The translations under genes and the position numbers were made by a program. Below are positions 49,212-57,717 of a DNA stretch of 60,740 nucleotides, piece by piece. The notes under the pieces were generated by a model, which did no database searches, was not told where the DNA came from, and saw nothing but the letters and a program-made list of their open reading frames with translations. This DNA comes from Omnitrophica bacterium GWA2_41_15 (lineage in GTDB: Bacteria > Omnitrophota > Gorgyraeia > Gygaellales > Profunditerraquicolaceae). The stretch is from positions 1-60,740 of the forward strand of contig CAKKSP010000041.1 in NCBI GenBank assembly GCA_919902045.1. Direction: 5' to 3'. Numbering within the stretch: the first letter of the stretch is position 1; the number at the start of each line of letters is the position of its first letter.

Positions 49212-50423
49212 ATGGCGCAAATAAGAGAATATATTCCTATCGTTGGCCAATCGGTTATTGAGGATTTGCAGCTTCTTGCCGATAGATTACGCGGTAAGAT
49301 AATACAGCATATTAATTCTACGGCTGTAGGCGGAGGAGTTGCTGAGATATTAAACCGCATGGTTCCTTTGTTAAAAGAGCTGGGTGTTGATACCCGATGG
49401 GATCTGATAAAAGGAGGCGAGCAGTTTTTTGAGGTTACTAAAAAATTCCATAACGCTTTACATGGCAGGAAAGAGAGCATAACTCAACGTGATTTTGATA
49501 TATTTATGGATGCAAGTTCTAAAAATATTGAGGAAGTAGTAATAACAGGTGATATTGTTTTTGTCCATGATCCGCAGCCAATAGTGTTGGTTAAAAAGAA
49601 ATCCGATAATAAATGGATCTGGCGTTGCCATATTGATGTGTCTAATCCCAATCAAAAAGTCTGGAATTTCTTAAAGGAGTTTATCGGTAAATATGATTCT
49701 GTTGTGTTTTCTGCGCCTAGTTTTTCGCAACCGCTACCAATAAGGCAATTTTTGATTTCTCCGTCCATTGATCCGTTAAGCGATAAAAATAAAGATCTTC
49801 CGCAAGAAACAATTGATGTGGTTTTGCGTAAATACGGAATATCTAAAGATAAGCCTATATTGACGCAGATCTCTCGTTTCGATCGCCTTAAGGATCCGGT
49901 TGGCGTTATTGAAGCTTATCAGCAGGTAAAACGTTATATTGATTGTCAGTTAATTTTAGCAGGAGGGGCTGCTGTTGATGATCCTGAGGGGATAGAAGTT
50001 CTGGAAGAAGTCAAGGAAAAAGCTAAAAAGGATCGGGATATACATATCTTGTTGTTATCTCAAAACGATATTGAAATAAATGCTTTACAGCGAGCCTCAA
50101 CGATTATAATTCAGAAGTCTCTCAAGGAAGGGTTTGGCCTTACGGTTTCGGAAGCGCTTTGGAAGGCTAAGCCGGTGGTGGCTTCGAACGTCGGGGGCAT
50201 TCCTTTACAAATAAAACATAAATATTCCGGCTTGCTTTGTCATTCGATTGACGGAGCTGCCTTTGCCATAAAGCAACTACTTAACAGCCCGGAATATGCC
50301 AAAAAATTAGGGGAAAACGGTAGAGAGCATATTAAAAATAATTTTCTGTTAACGCGCCATTTACGCGAATATATGCTGTTGTTTCTTTCATTGTATCATC
50401 AAGGGGATGTTGTTTATCTGTAA
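49212..50423 (+). CDS. treT: Trehalose glycosyltransferring synthase TreT (GT4)
   Basis: HINSTAVGGGVAEIL, HDPQP, WRCHID, SRFDRLKDP, QKSLKEGFGLTVSEALWK. Confidence 0.88.
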   Translation: MAQIREYIPIVGQSVIEDLQLLADRLRGKIIQHINSTAVGGGVAEILNRMVPLLKELGVDTRWDLIKGGEQFFEVTKKFHNALHGRKESITQRDFDIFMDASSKNIEEVVITGDIVFVHDPQPIVLVKKKSDNKWIWRCHIDVSNPNQKVWNFLKEFIGKYDSVVFSAPSFSQPLPIRQFLISPSIDPLSDKNKDLPQETIDVVLRKYGISKDKPILTQISRFDRLKDPVGVIEAYQQVKRYIDCQLILAGGAAVDDPEGIEVLEEVKEKAKKDRDIHILLLSQNDIEINALQRASTIIIQKSLKEGFGLTVSEALWKAKPVVASNVGGIPLQIKHKYSGLLCHSIDGAAFAIKQLLNSPEYAKKLGENGREHIKNNFLLTRHLREYMLLFLSLYHQGDVVYL

Positions 50424-50455
50424 AATTTTAACGGGGAGAAAGAAAAAAAACAAAG

Positions 50456-50484
50456 TTGACATCCACACAAATGTGTGGTATATA
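50456..50484 (+). promoter_or_regulatory. lexA promoter with candidate operator CCACACA-AA-TGTGTGG in the -35/-10 spacer
   Basis: TTGACA 50456-50461; palindrome 50463-50478; TGn-TATATA 50479-50484. Confidence 0.7.
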
Positions 50485-50490
50485 GGAGGT

Positions 50491-51084
50491 ATGGTTGAGC
50501 TAACTCCTAAACAAAAACAAGTCCTCGATTTTATCCGCCAAAAGAGCGCGCAGGGTATTCCGCCGACTATTCGCGAAATTGCCGCTCAATTCAAGGTGTC
50601 TTCAACAGGCACAGTGCGTGATTATTTGACTGCGCTTCAGAAAAAAGGGTATCTTAAGATAAATCAGAAGATCTCCCGCGGTATTGAGCTGTTGCGGCAT
50701 CCGTTAAAAATTCCGATTTTAGGTAATATCCCTGCCGGTAATCCTCAGGATGCTTATGAAGATATTCAAGGATATGTTGATTTAGAGGGTATTTTCCCTG
50801 TTGAGAGAGCAGGGGAGGGAATCTTTGCTTTACGGGTGAAAGGTGAGAGCATGGTTGAGGCCGGGATTATGGATGGAGACCTGGCAGTGATCCGGCGCCA
50901 AAGCCTAGCAGCAGAAGGGGAGATTGTGGCAGCAATTTTAGAAGGAAATAATGAAGTAACTTTAAAGCGCTTGAGGCGAAAAGGGAGTCAGGTTTTTCTT
51001 GAGCCTGCCAATCCGCATTTTGCGCCGATTTATGCGGATTTTAATATTCTGGGGAAGTTGATTACAATTCTGAGGAAATACTAA
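50491..51084 (+). CDS. lexA: SOS repressor LexA
   Basis: LTPKQ...PPTIREI, AG cleavage site (IPAGNP), GESM serine, VTLKRL lysine; start moved to ATG 50491. Confidence 0.95.
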   Translation: MVELTPKQKQVLDFIRQKSAQGIPPTIREIAAQFKVSSTGTVRDYLTALQKKGYLKINQKISRGIELLRHPLKIPILGNIPAGNPQDAYEDIQGYVDLEGIFPVERAGEGIFALRVKGESMVEAGIMDGDLAVIRRQSLAAEGEIVAAILEGNNEVTLKRLRRKGSQVFLEPANPHFAPIYADFNILGKLITILRKY

Positions 51085-51090
51085 CTTTAA

Positions 51091-51131
51091 TGTAGGGGAG
51101 GTTTAAACCTCCCCTACACCTGTGGATAACT
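51091..51131. repeat. Perfect 28-bp GTAG palindrome + DnaA box (inverted copy of 40928-40967)
   Basis: TGTAGGGGAGGTTTAAACCTCCCCTACA 51091-51118, then CCTGTGGATAAC. Confidence 0.85.
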
Positions 51132-51134
51132 TTT

Positions 51135-51437
51135 ATGCTACTTTCCGGTTTCAACCCTAACGCGCGTTGGGATAGGAATATCGAAGGCGCCTACGATGAC
51201 CCTGATAAGCTTAAGGCAAAAATCCAGGTGCTTGCTTTTTTTAGCGGGGCTAAAGTATATCCGCGTATTTTTATGATGAGCGGAAAGCGCTACCGGATCA
51301 GGAAACTCAATTACACCTGGCAAAAGCGCCAAGGTAGCGAGCTCATCAGTTGTTTTTCAGTCAGCACTGCCTGCGATATATACCAACTTTCTTTCAATCA
51401 CTCTTCTTGTGCCTGGAAATTAGATAATATATTTTAG
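51135..51437 (+). CDS. Hypothetical protein between lexA and dinB
   Basis: 100-aa ORF; P..F...G.RY.I....W and terminal W.L pattern. Confidence 0.7.
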   Translation: MLLSGFNPNARWDRNIEGAYDDPDKLKAKIQVLAFFSGAKVYPRIFMMSGKRYRIRKLNYTWQKRQGSELISCFSVSTACDIYQLSFNHSSCAWKLDNIF

Positions 51438-51481
51438 GGACACTTTTTGAAATTTAATTTTCATGTTAAAAAGTGTCCCTA
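51435..51481. repeat. 14-bp inverted repeat with TAGGGACA core
   Basis: TAGGGACACTTTTT (51435-51448) / AAAAAGTGTCCCTA (51468-51481). Confidence 0.8.
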
Positions 51482-51526
51482 TTTGTCACTTGTAACTTGT
51501 CACGTGGTAACCAGTTAATTTTTTAT

Positions 51527-52684
51527 ATGATCCTCCACATCGACATGGACGCTTTTTTTGCCTCTATAGAGCAGGCAATTAATCCCCGGCTCAAAGGCAA
51601 ACCTTTGATTGTCGGCTCCCGCAATAGCCCGCGTTTTACCGTGGTTTGCGCAGCAAGCTATGAAGCTAAAGCTTTAGGAATTACTTCCGGCATGCGTTCC
51701 CAGGATGCCTTCAGAATATGCCCTAATTTATCTTTTGTACCTGCCCAACAAGACCGCTACATCTGGACATCCCGGCAAATTTTTACATTTTTAAAAGGCC
51801 TGGGGTATCCTATACAATATTGTTCTATTGATGAGTTTACACTGGATATTGGCGATACCCAAAATTGCCATAAATTAAGCAGTGGAATTCAGGAAAAAAT
51901 TACCCAGGATTTCGGGATTACTGCTTCAATAGGTATAGGAAAAAACTATCTTTTAGCAAAGCTTGCCTCTAAACTTAAAAAGCCTGCTGGATTCCTTGAA
52001 ATTAACGAAGAAAATCTGGAAGATATTCTTAAGGGAGTTCCTGCAAAAAAAATATGCGGGGTAGGGGAGGCAACTAATTTACTTCTTGAGAATTTAGGGA
52101 TAAATACTTGCCTTGATCTTTATCAGAAAGATGTTCTTTTTCTAAAAGAATATTTAGGCCAATATGGTATTAATCTTTATTTTGGTTTACATACAAAAGA
52201 AGAAATTTCTATTTCAGAGCATGAAGATTTGCCTAAGTCAATTGGGCATTCATATACATTAAGTAAGCCTAACCAAAACCCCGGGTTTATAAGCGCTTGG
52301 TTTAGGCTTTTATCTGAAAAAGTAGCCGAGCGTTTACGTGCGCAAGATTTACTGGCCAAAACAGTGCATCTTTGGCTTGAGCTGCCTGAATTTGGGCATT
52401 TTAGCCGCCAAAAAAGCTTTTCTAATGCTACTGATGATGGAGCTCTAATTGCCACTAGAGCAATGGAAATAATGGCTAAAAATGGCCTAATATGGCCTAA
52501 TATTAGGGCTATTGGGGTGACTTGTTCAGGGCTTATTTTGAAGGAGTATGAACCGTTATTTTTAGAGGATAAAAAAAGAAATAACCTGCTTAAGGCAGTT
52601 GATCGGATTAATCAGCGTTTTGGAGAAGAAGCAATTTTTCCTGCGGTGATTAAGCTAACTAATCCAACCACAGGGACACTTTAA
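51527..52684 (+). CDS. dinB: DNA polymerase IV (Y family)
   Basis: ILHIDMDAFFASIE, ASYEAK..G, SIDE, AKLAS..KP; start at ATG 51527. Confidence 0.95.
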   Translation: MILHIDMDAFFASIEQAINPRLKGKPLIVGSRNSPRFTVVCAASYEAKALGITSGMRSQDAFRICPNLSFVPAQQDRYIWTSRQIFTFLKGLGYPIQYCSIDEFTLDIGDTQNCHKLSSGIQEKITQDFGITASIGIGKNYLLAKLASKLKKPAGFLEINEENLEDILKGVPAKKICGVGEATNLLLENLGINTCLDLYQKDVLFLKEYLGQYGINLYFGLHTKEEISISEHEDLPKSIGHSYTLSKPNQNPGFISAWFRLLSEKVAERLRAQDLLAKTVHLWLELPEFGHFSRQKSFSNATDDGALIATRAMEIMAKNGLIWPNIRAIGVTCSGLILKEYEPLFLEDKKRNNLLKAVDRINQRFGEEAIFPAVIKLTNPTTGTL

Positions 52685-52781
52685 GTTAAACAAGCAAAAA
52701 ATACGATATGAACGTTAAAAAAATAATCATTGTAACACTATATTACAAAAAGAGATAAATCAAGTACTTCCTAGATTGGCA

Positions 52782-52809
52782 AGTTTACATAAGATATATT
52801 ATAGGCACT
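52782..52809 (-). other. Chromosome dimer resolution (dif) site
   Basis: Minus strand AGTGCCTATAA-TATATC-TTATGTAAACT, 11-6-11 XerC/XerD layout; intergenic; coincides with the gene-strand switch. Confidence 0.85.
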
Positions 52810-52843
52810 AGTGCGACATAAGAAGATAAAGAAAATAGGCTGT

Positions 52844-53050
52844 TTATAAGGAAGATTTTATGCTCGCTTGCTTTATATAGGCGTTTATTTGAGTCAACTG
52901 TTCTCTGCTTGGTTTATTCTTATCTTTGAACCATCTTTGGATTGTTCTGGGACTTATCTTTAAATAATCAGCTAATTCTTTTGTCTGAAAACTCCCCGCA
53001 TAAAAATGAAGTTTATGTAATTTATACCACTCTTCTAGTTCTCTTTCCAT
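52844..53050 (-). CDS. Small HTH protein
   Basis: KELADYLKISPRTIQRW...P; GGGAGG upstream. Confidence 0.75.
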   Translation of the reverse strand: MERELEEWYKLHKLHFYAGSFQTKELADYLKISPRTIQRWFKDKNKPSREQLTQINAYIKQASIKSSL

Positions 53051-53064
53051 ATATCTAGCCTCCC

Positions 53065-53910
53065 TTAAGGTGTCTTACAGCCTTCTAAAAATCGCTTATA
53101 TTTTCGCTCTAAAAAAAGCCCATTTTGGGTATTTTTATATATAATATCAAAAAGTTTTAAGCTATCTGTATGTTCATATATAAACATGTAATTCCAGCCG
53201 TTCTTGGTTTTTTGTTTATAAATTGTCCTTTTTGGCATGCCAAGATTTGTTAAATTATTCTCCAAGCTGTTTATAAAATCTTCGGAACCGCTGACAAATT
53301 TTGCTCTTAAAGGGAAATTTATCCGGCATTTATTAAAGAATACACTGCCATCGCCATCAAAAACACCTCTTATAAAATCAGATAAATATTCTTGCGGAAC
53401 TTTCGGAAACTTGACTATAAGGCTTTTTTTGGGTATAACACACAAAGTTTCTAAGTCATGCGCTAGTTTTTCTCTTGCAAAGTGAAAATAATACAAGCCT
53501 TTTTGGTGCCTAGAAGCTGATATATTATGCGCAGAATTCAAAACCTTTTTAACTTTTTCAAGCAGCTCCAGATCGTTAATAGATAAAGAAACAGTGCCTG
53601 TTTTAGATACGCACCCATCCGTAATAATCAAACCTAAAACATATGCCATTTCAGATGACCAGGTGCTAAAAAAATTCTCGTTTATATCATAAAAATTTTG
53701 AGGAAGTTTATATTGTTTTTGTGCTTCAATTCGCGCTTCTGACTTAGTTCGCTGCGCTATGCCGTATTTTTTGAGTTTTTTATAAATTGCAACCCGTGAG
53801 ACTGAATATAGTCCGGCTATTATATCCTCTAAGGATTTTTTCTCATTTATGTATAAATTATATAGCTTCTCTTTTGTTAATTCGCTCAGTTTCTTCATCT
53901 TTATTAGCAT
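53065..53910 (-). CDS. Free-standing double-motif LAGLIDADG endonuclease-like protein with N-terminal HTH
   Basis: YVLGLIITDGCV and FIRGVFDGDGSV motifs; L.RKY tail; N-terminal LY....SL..I..LYSVS. Confidence 0.82.
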   Translation of the reverse strand: MLIKMKKLSELTKEKLYNLYINEKKSLEDIIAGLYSVSRVAIYKKLKKYGIAQRTKSEARIEAQKQYKLPQNFYDINENFFSTWSSEMAYVLGLIITDGCVSKTGTVSLSINDLELLEKVKKVLNSAHNISASRHQKGLYYFHFAREKLAHDLETLCVIPKKSLIVKFPKVPQEYLSDFIRGVFDGDGSVFFNKCRINFPLRAKFVSGSEDFINSLENNLTNLGMPKRTIYKQKTKNGWNYMFIYEHTDSLKLFDIIYKNTQNGLFLERKYKRFLEGCKTP

Positions 53911-54023
53911 TTTGTATTTTGATTATTTTACCATTAATTAAGCCATCTGCTACTTTTTTATGCGCTTTTTTTTATGATTCGATTTAGAGCAGGTTCTTGC
54001 CAAAAATATGCTATACTTTAGCC

Positions 54024-55316
54024 ATGGATGTCAGGCAAAAATTACAACTTAGAAGATTACTAATCCCCCATTTGAGCCAATCTTTAAAGATACTTGCCCT
54101 GCCTTTAACGGAATTAAGAGGGCTTGTGGAAGCAGAATTAGAGCAAAATCCTTTTTTAGAAGAGGTTCGGCCTCCTCCCTCCTCCACTTTTTCAAATGTA
54201 ACCCAGGAAGAACAGGATTATCGTATTAGCCAGATAACCCGGCCCAAGACTCTTCAGGATAGCCTGCTTGAACAATTAGGAATTGCCGCAACTAATGATG
54301 AGGAATTACGAATAGGCCAGGAACTTATCGGGAATATTGATCAAAATGGATACCTAAAAGCAAGCCTTGAATATATTGCATCGACCTTACAGGTAAGTTT
54401 AGAAAAAGTCAAATCTACGCTTGAGATTATTCATGATTTTGAGCCCGTAGGCATTGGGGCCCTAAATCTTGAAGAATGCCTTTTGCTCCAGCTTGAAGCC
54501 GCAGGTTTTGATGACCCCAGGCTTATTGAAATAATAAGAAACCACCTGCCGGATATTGCTAAGAAAAATTATACCCATATTGCCAAAGCCCTTAAAATCA
54601 GCCTTGAAGAAGTAAAACCGCTTATCAGCCGGATTGCTTCTTTAGATCCTAAACCGGGGCTTATTTATTCCCAAGAAGAGTTACCCATAGTGGTTCCGGA
54701 TGTTACTATTGAGGAAAAAGATAAAGGTTTTGAAATCAGCATTTCTAACGGCCAGATGCCAATTTTTAGGATCAATGATGAATATCGTGATGCGATGCGG
54801 GAAAATCCGATGTCAGATGAGGAAAGAGCAATTTTAAAAAAACAGCTTGATGAGGCGTTGTTTTTAGTAAGAGCGGTTGCAAAACGTAAAGAAACATTAG
54901 TCCGGGTTGTTGAATCTTTGGTGGGAATACAATCACAGGCTTTGCGCCATGGCCTCACGCATCTTAAGCCGCTTACTTTTCGGGAATTAGCCCGTCAACT
55001 TGGGCTGCATGAAACTACTATTGGCCGGACAGTCGCCCATAAATACATAAAACTTAAAAATGGCACTGTAGCATTAAAAGATTTTTTTTCCGGGAAGCGC
55101 CAGGATAAAAATGGGCATACTTTGTCAGCTACCTATATTAATAGCCTTATCCGGTCTTTAATAGATGTTGAGGATAAAACAAAACCGCTTAGTGACCAGG
55201 ATATTGCTGGTATTATTAGCCATAAATATCAGGTAGATATTCCAAGGCGTACTATCGCGCAATATCGTAGGCAGCTTAGAATTGCATCTTCTTCTTACAG
55301 AAAAAACGTTAAATAA
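54024..55316 (+). CDS. rpoN: RNA polymerase sigma-54 factor
   Basis: LKILAL...ELEQNPFLE, IDQNGYL, LDPKPG, LKPLT, KPLSDQ, RRTIAQYR; start moved to ATG 54024. Confidence 0.92.
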   Translation: MDVRQKLQLRRLLIPHLSQSLKILALPLTELRGLVEAELEQNPFLEEVRPPPSSTFSNVTQEEQDYRISQITRPKTLQDSLLEQLGIAATNDEELRIGQELIGNIDQNGYLKASLEYIASTLQVSLEKVKSTLEIIHDFEPVGIGALNLEECLLLQLEAAGFDDPRLIEIIRNHLPDIAKKNYTHIAKALKISLEEVKPLISRIASLDPKPGLIYSQEELPIVVPDVTIEEKDKGFEISISNGQMPIFRINDEYRDAMRENPMSDEERAILKKQLDEALFLVRAVAKRKETLVRVVESLVGIQSQALRHGLTHLKPLTFRELARQLGLHETTIGRTVAHKYIKLKNGTVALKDFFSGKRQDKNGHTLSATYINSLIRSLIDVEDKTKPLSDQDIAGIISHKYQVDIPRRTIAQYRRQLRIASSSYRKNVK

Positions 55317-55322
55317 ATTTAT

Positions 55323-55348
55323 GTAGGGGAGGTTTAAACCTCCCCTAC
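55323..55348. repeat. Perfect 26-bp GTAG palindrome between convergent genes
   Basis: GTAGGGGAGGTTTAAACCTCCCCTAC, identical to 51092-51117. Confidence 0.88.
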
Positions 55349-55370
55349 GCCGTGCAAATTTTTTATTTGA

Positions 55371-56339
55371 TTAAGACTTTAAGGCGAGTGCGGTCAGGTT
55401 GATTAAGCGGTTGACGAGCTTTAGGTTTTCCAGAGTAAATTTCTTTTCAGAGCTTTTAAGCGTTCCCAGGTTCATTACTCCCTTTAGTTCATCCTGTAAG
55501 CTAAACGGTACTACCATAGAAGAGTTAAGATGAGGCCGGTTAAGATAAGGCAATATTCGGTTGTCAGAAGTCTTATCGTCAATAACAAACGACTCCCCTT
55601 CTTTTAACGCCAATCCCGAAATACCCTCTCCTATCCTGACTTTAGTCTTTTTTACCACATCTTCAGATAATCCGCGCGCTACCTTGATGGTGAGGTATTT
55701 TTCGTTTTTGTCGGCAAACATAATAGAGCCGATATCAGCGCGGCTGACTTCAAAAACTACCTCTAAAAGGGCTTCCAGTATCAAAATTTCTTCACTTTCC
55801 TTATGATGTTTAATGTTGTCGTAAGCAAGTGTCAGCGTATAACCAAGCATTTTCTTGAGTAATTCTACCAGGGAAAATGTATTTTTTAAAGAGATAGTTT
55901 TTATCTTTAACAATGCGCTCCAAAGTTCCTCTTCGTTGATATTGAAGCGTTGAGAAAGTTCGCGGCAGTATTCCCGGGAAGGCCGGTTTATGATCATCGG
56001 CCCGAGAATGATGTATCCTAAGGCAGGCGCGCCGTTAATCTGCAGCGGTACGGCACAATGCGTTAAACCCCATTTGCAAACGTAACTTAAATTTTTATCA
56101 ATTTTTCCTTCTCCACCAAGAAATGTAGGCAGGCAGGAATATTCAAAGCGCGGTGAGGCGCTGCGCATGATCTGGCAGAAACTGTGCTCTATGCTTGCGG
56201 CTGTAAGAAATTTACCTTCGGCATCAACAAGGCGGATATCAATTTCTGCGAATGATGCAAAATTATCCTGAATTTCTTTCCAAAGTTTAAGATCAAGCAG
56301 TTTTGATAAAGAGTAGTTTGTATTATTTTCTTTTTTCAT
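55371..56339 (-). CDS. PocR ligand-binding + GAF domain protein with no output domain
   Basis: EIQDNFA...HSFC...C..YVCKWGL..AVPL (PocR), then GEGISG GAF; start moved to 56339. Confidence 0.8.
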   Translation of the reverse strand: MKKENNTNYSLSKLLDLKLWKEIQDNFASFAEIDIRLVDAEGKFLTAASIEHSFCQIMRSASPRFEYSCLPTFLGGEGKIDKNLSYVCKWGLTHCAVPLQINGAPALGYIILGPMIINRPSREYCRELSQRFNINEEELWSALLKIKTISLKNTFSLVELLKKMLGYTLTLAYDNIKHHKESEEILILEALLEVVFEVSRADIGSIMFADKNEKYLTIKVARGLSEDVVKKTKVRIGEGISGLALKEGESFVIDDKTSDNRILPYLNRPHLNSSMVVPFSLQDELKGVMNLGTLKSSEKKFTLENLKLVNRLINLTALALKS

Positions 56340-57717
56340 TTTTAAGCAACCCGAATTTACACATCTTTTTATATAAAGTAGTCCGATTGATCCCCAAAAT
56401 TTTTGAAGCTTCTTTGCGGCTTCCTTGCACGGCTTCAAGCGCCTGGATGATTGCTTCTTTTTCAGGTGATTCAAGCGCGGTTTTAAGTTTAAAAGCTCCC
56501 TTATTTTCCTGGGATTTTATGCGCAGGAATTCCGGTAGATCCTCAACTTTTATTTCAGTGTTTTTACTTAATACTGTGGCTCTTTCAATAATATTCTCCA
56601 GTTCCCGGATGTTTCCCGGCCATTGGTAGTTTATCAAATGCATAAGCGCGTCTTCAGTTATCTTGTCAATTTTTTTACTGATATTTTTAGAATGTTTTTT
56701 GATGAAATGCCTTACAAGCAGCGGAATATCTTCTTTACGTTCTCTAAGAGGCGGTAGATTGATGGAAATTATATTTAGGCGGTAATAAAGGTCTTTACGG
56801 AATTTGCCTTGGATAATCAGGTCTTCAAGATGTTGATTAGTGGCAGAAATTATTCTGACATCTATCTGGCGGGTTTTGTTTTCGCCGACGCGTTCAAATT
56901 CTCCGTCTTGAAGTACGCGTAAAAGTTTTACCTGCAAAGTAAGAGAAAAGGCGTCGATTTCATCAAGGAATATCGTCCCGGTATTTGCTGCTTCAAAGCG
57001 GCCTTCTTTATCTTTTATTGCTCCGGTAAAAGAGCCTTTGGCGTGCCCAAAGAGTTCGCTTTCAAGCAGGGTATCTGTAAGTGCTCCGCAACTTACTTCT
57101 ACAAAAGGCTTGCCTTTTTCCTGCTCATTACATTTGTACAGGGCATGCGCAATCAGGCGTTTACCGGTACCGCTTTCACCTTGTATGAGTACGGTTGAGC
57201 GGCTTTTAGAAATCGCTTCAATCAGCGAGTATATTTTTTGCATCTTAAGAGATTTTCCGATTATCTGATGAAAATTTTCGCGATTGGTAGTAGATAGCGC
57301 TTCTTTAAGCTCAATATTTTCTTCTTTGAGCCTTTCCTGCTCAAGCAGGCGCGAGATGAGTATTTTTATTTCTTCATCCGCTATGGGCTTTGTGATGTAA
57401 TCATAGGCGCCTAATTTTATTGCCTTTACCGCGTTTTCTATGCTGGCATAGCTTGTCATTAAAATTACCGGTGTATTTTTATTGATTATTTTTATTTGTT
57501 TAAGCAGTTCGATACCGTCCATATGCGGCATTTTTATATCGGTAAGTATCAGGTGGGCGTGGTGCTGTTTTAAGGTATCAAGCGCTTCTTTACCGTCTGA
57601 ACAAGCAGTTACGGCGTAGCCGCAGTGGCTTAAGAGTTCGCGCAGGGAATGCCTGATAAGGGGCTCATCATCCACAACCAGGATGTGAGGTTTTCCGTTG
57701 AAATCGTTGTTATGCAT
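56323..57717 (-). CDS. NtrC-family sigma54 response regulator
   Basis: ILVVDDE receiver, GESGTGK, GSFTGA, DLYYRL, WPGNIREL, Fis HTH; start moved to 57717. Confidence 0.95.
   Translation of the reverse strand: MHNNDFNGKPHILVVDDEPLIRHSLRELLSHCGYAVTACSDGKEALDTLKQHHAHLILTDIKMPHMDGIELLKQIKIINKNTPVILMTSYASIENAVKAIKLGAYDYITKPIADEEIKILISRLLEQERLKEENIELKEALSTTNRENFHQIIGKSLKMQKIYSLIEAISKSRSTVLIQGESGTGKRLIAHALYKCNEQEKGKPFVEVSCGALTDTLLESELFGHAKGSFTGAIKDKEGRFEAANTGTIFLDEIDAFSLTLQVKLLRVLQDGEFERVGENKTRQIDVRIISATNQHLEDLIIQGKFRKDLYYRLNIISINLPPLRERKEDIPLLVRHFIKKHSKNISKKIDKITEDALMHLINYQWPGNIRELENIIERATVLSKNTEIKVEDLPEFLRIKSQENKGAFKLKTALESPEKEAIIQALEAVQGSRKEASKILGINRTTLYKKMCKFGLLKNEKRK

Noticed and set aside
40930-51129. 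DnaA boxes as evidence for oriC
   Set aside because: Only two isolated boxes 10 kb apart, each tied to a repeat; there is no dnaA/dnaN, and genes converge here as expected at a terminus
52766-52775. ACTTCCTAGA, matching the start of the B. subtilis dif left arm
   Set aside because: Wrong spacing and orientation to pair with the adjacent arm; a 10-mer match alone is insufficient
53519-53535. Second dif-like site GATATA-TTATGCGCAGA
   Set aside because: It has the same spacer and an XerC-like arm but no XerD arm, and lies inside an intact CDS; likely chance
53065-53910. Intein or group I intron encoding the LAGLIDADG protein
   Set aside because: No interrupted host gene, no intein Cys/His-Asn ends, and no recognisable intron context
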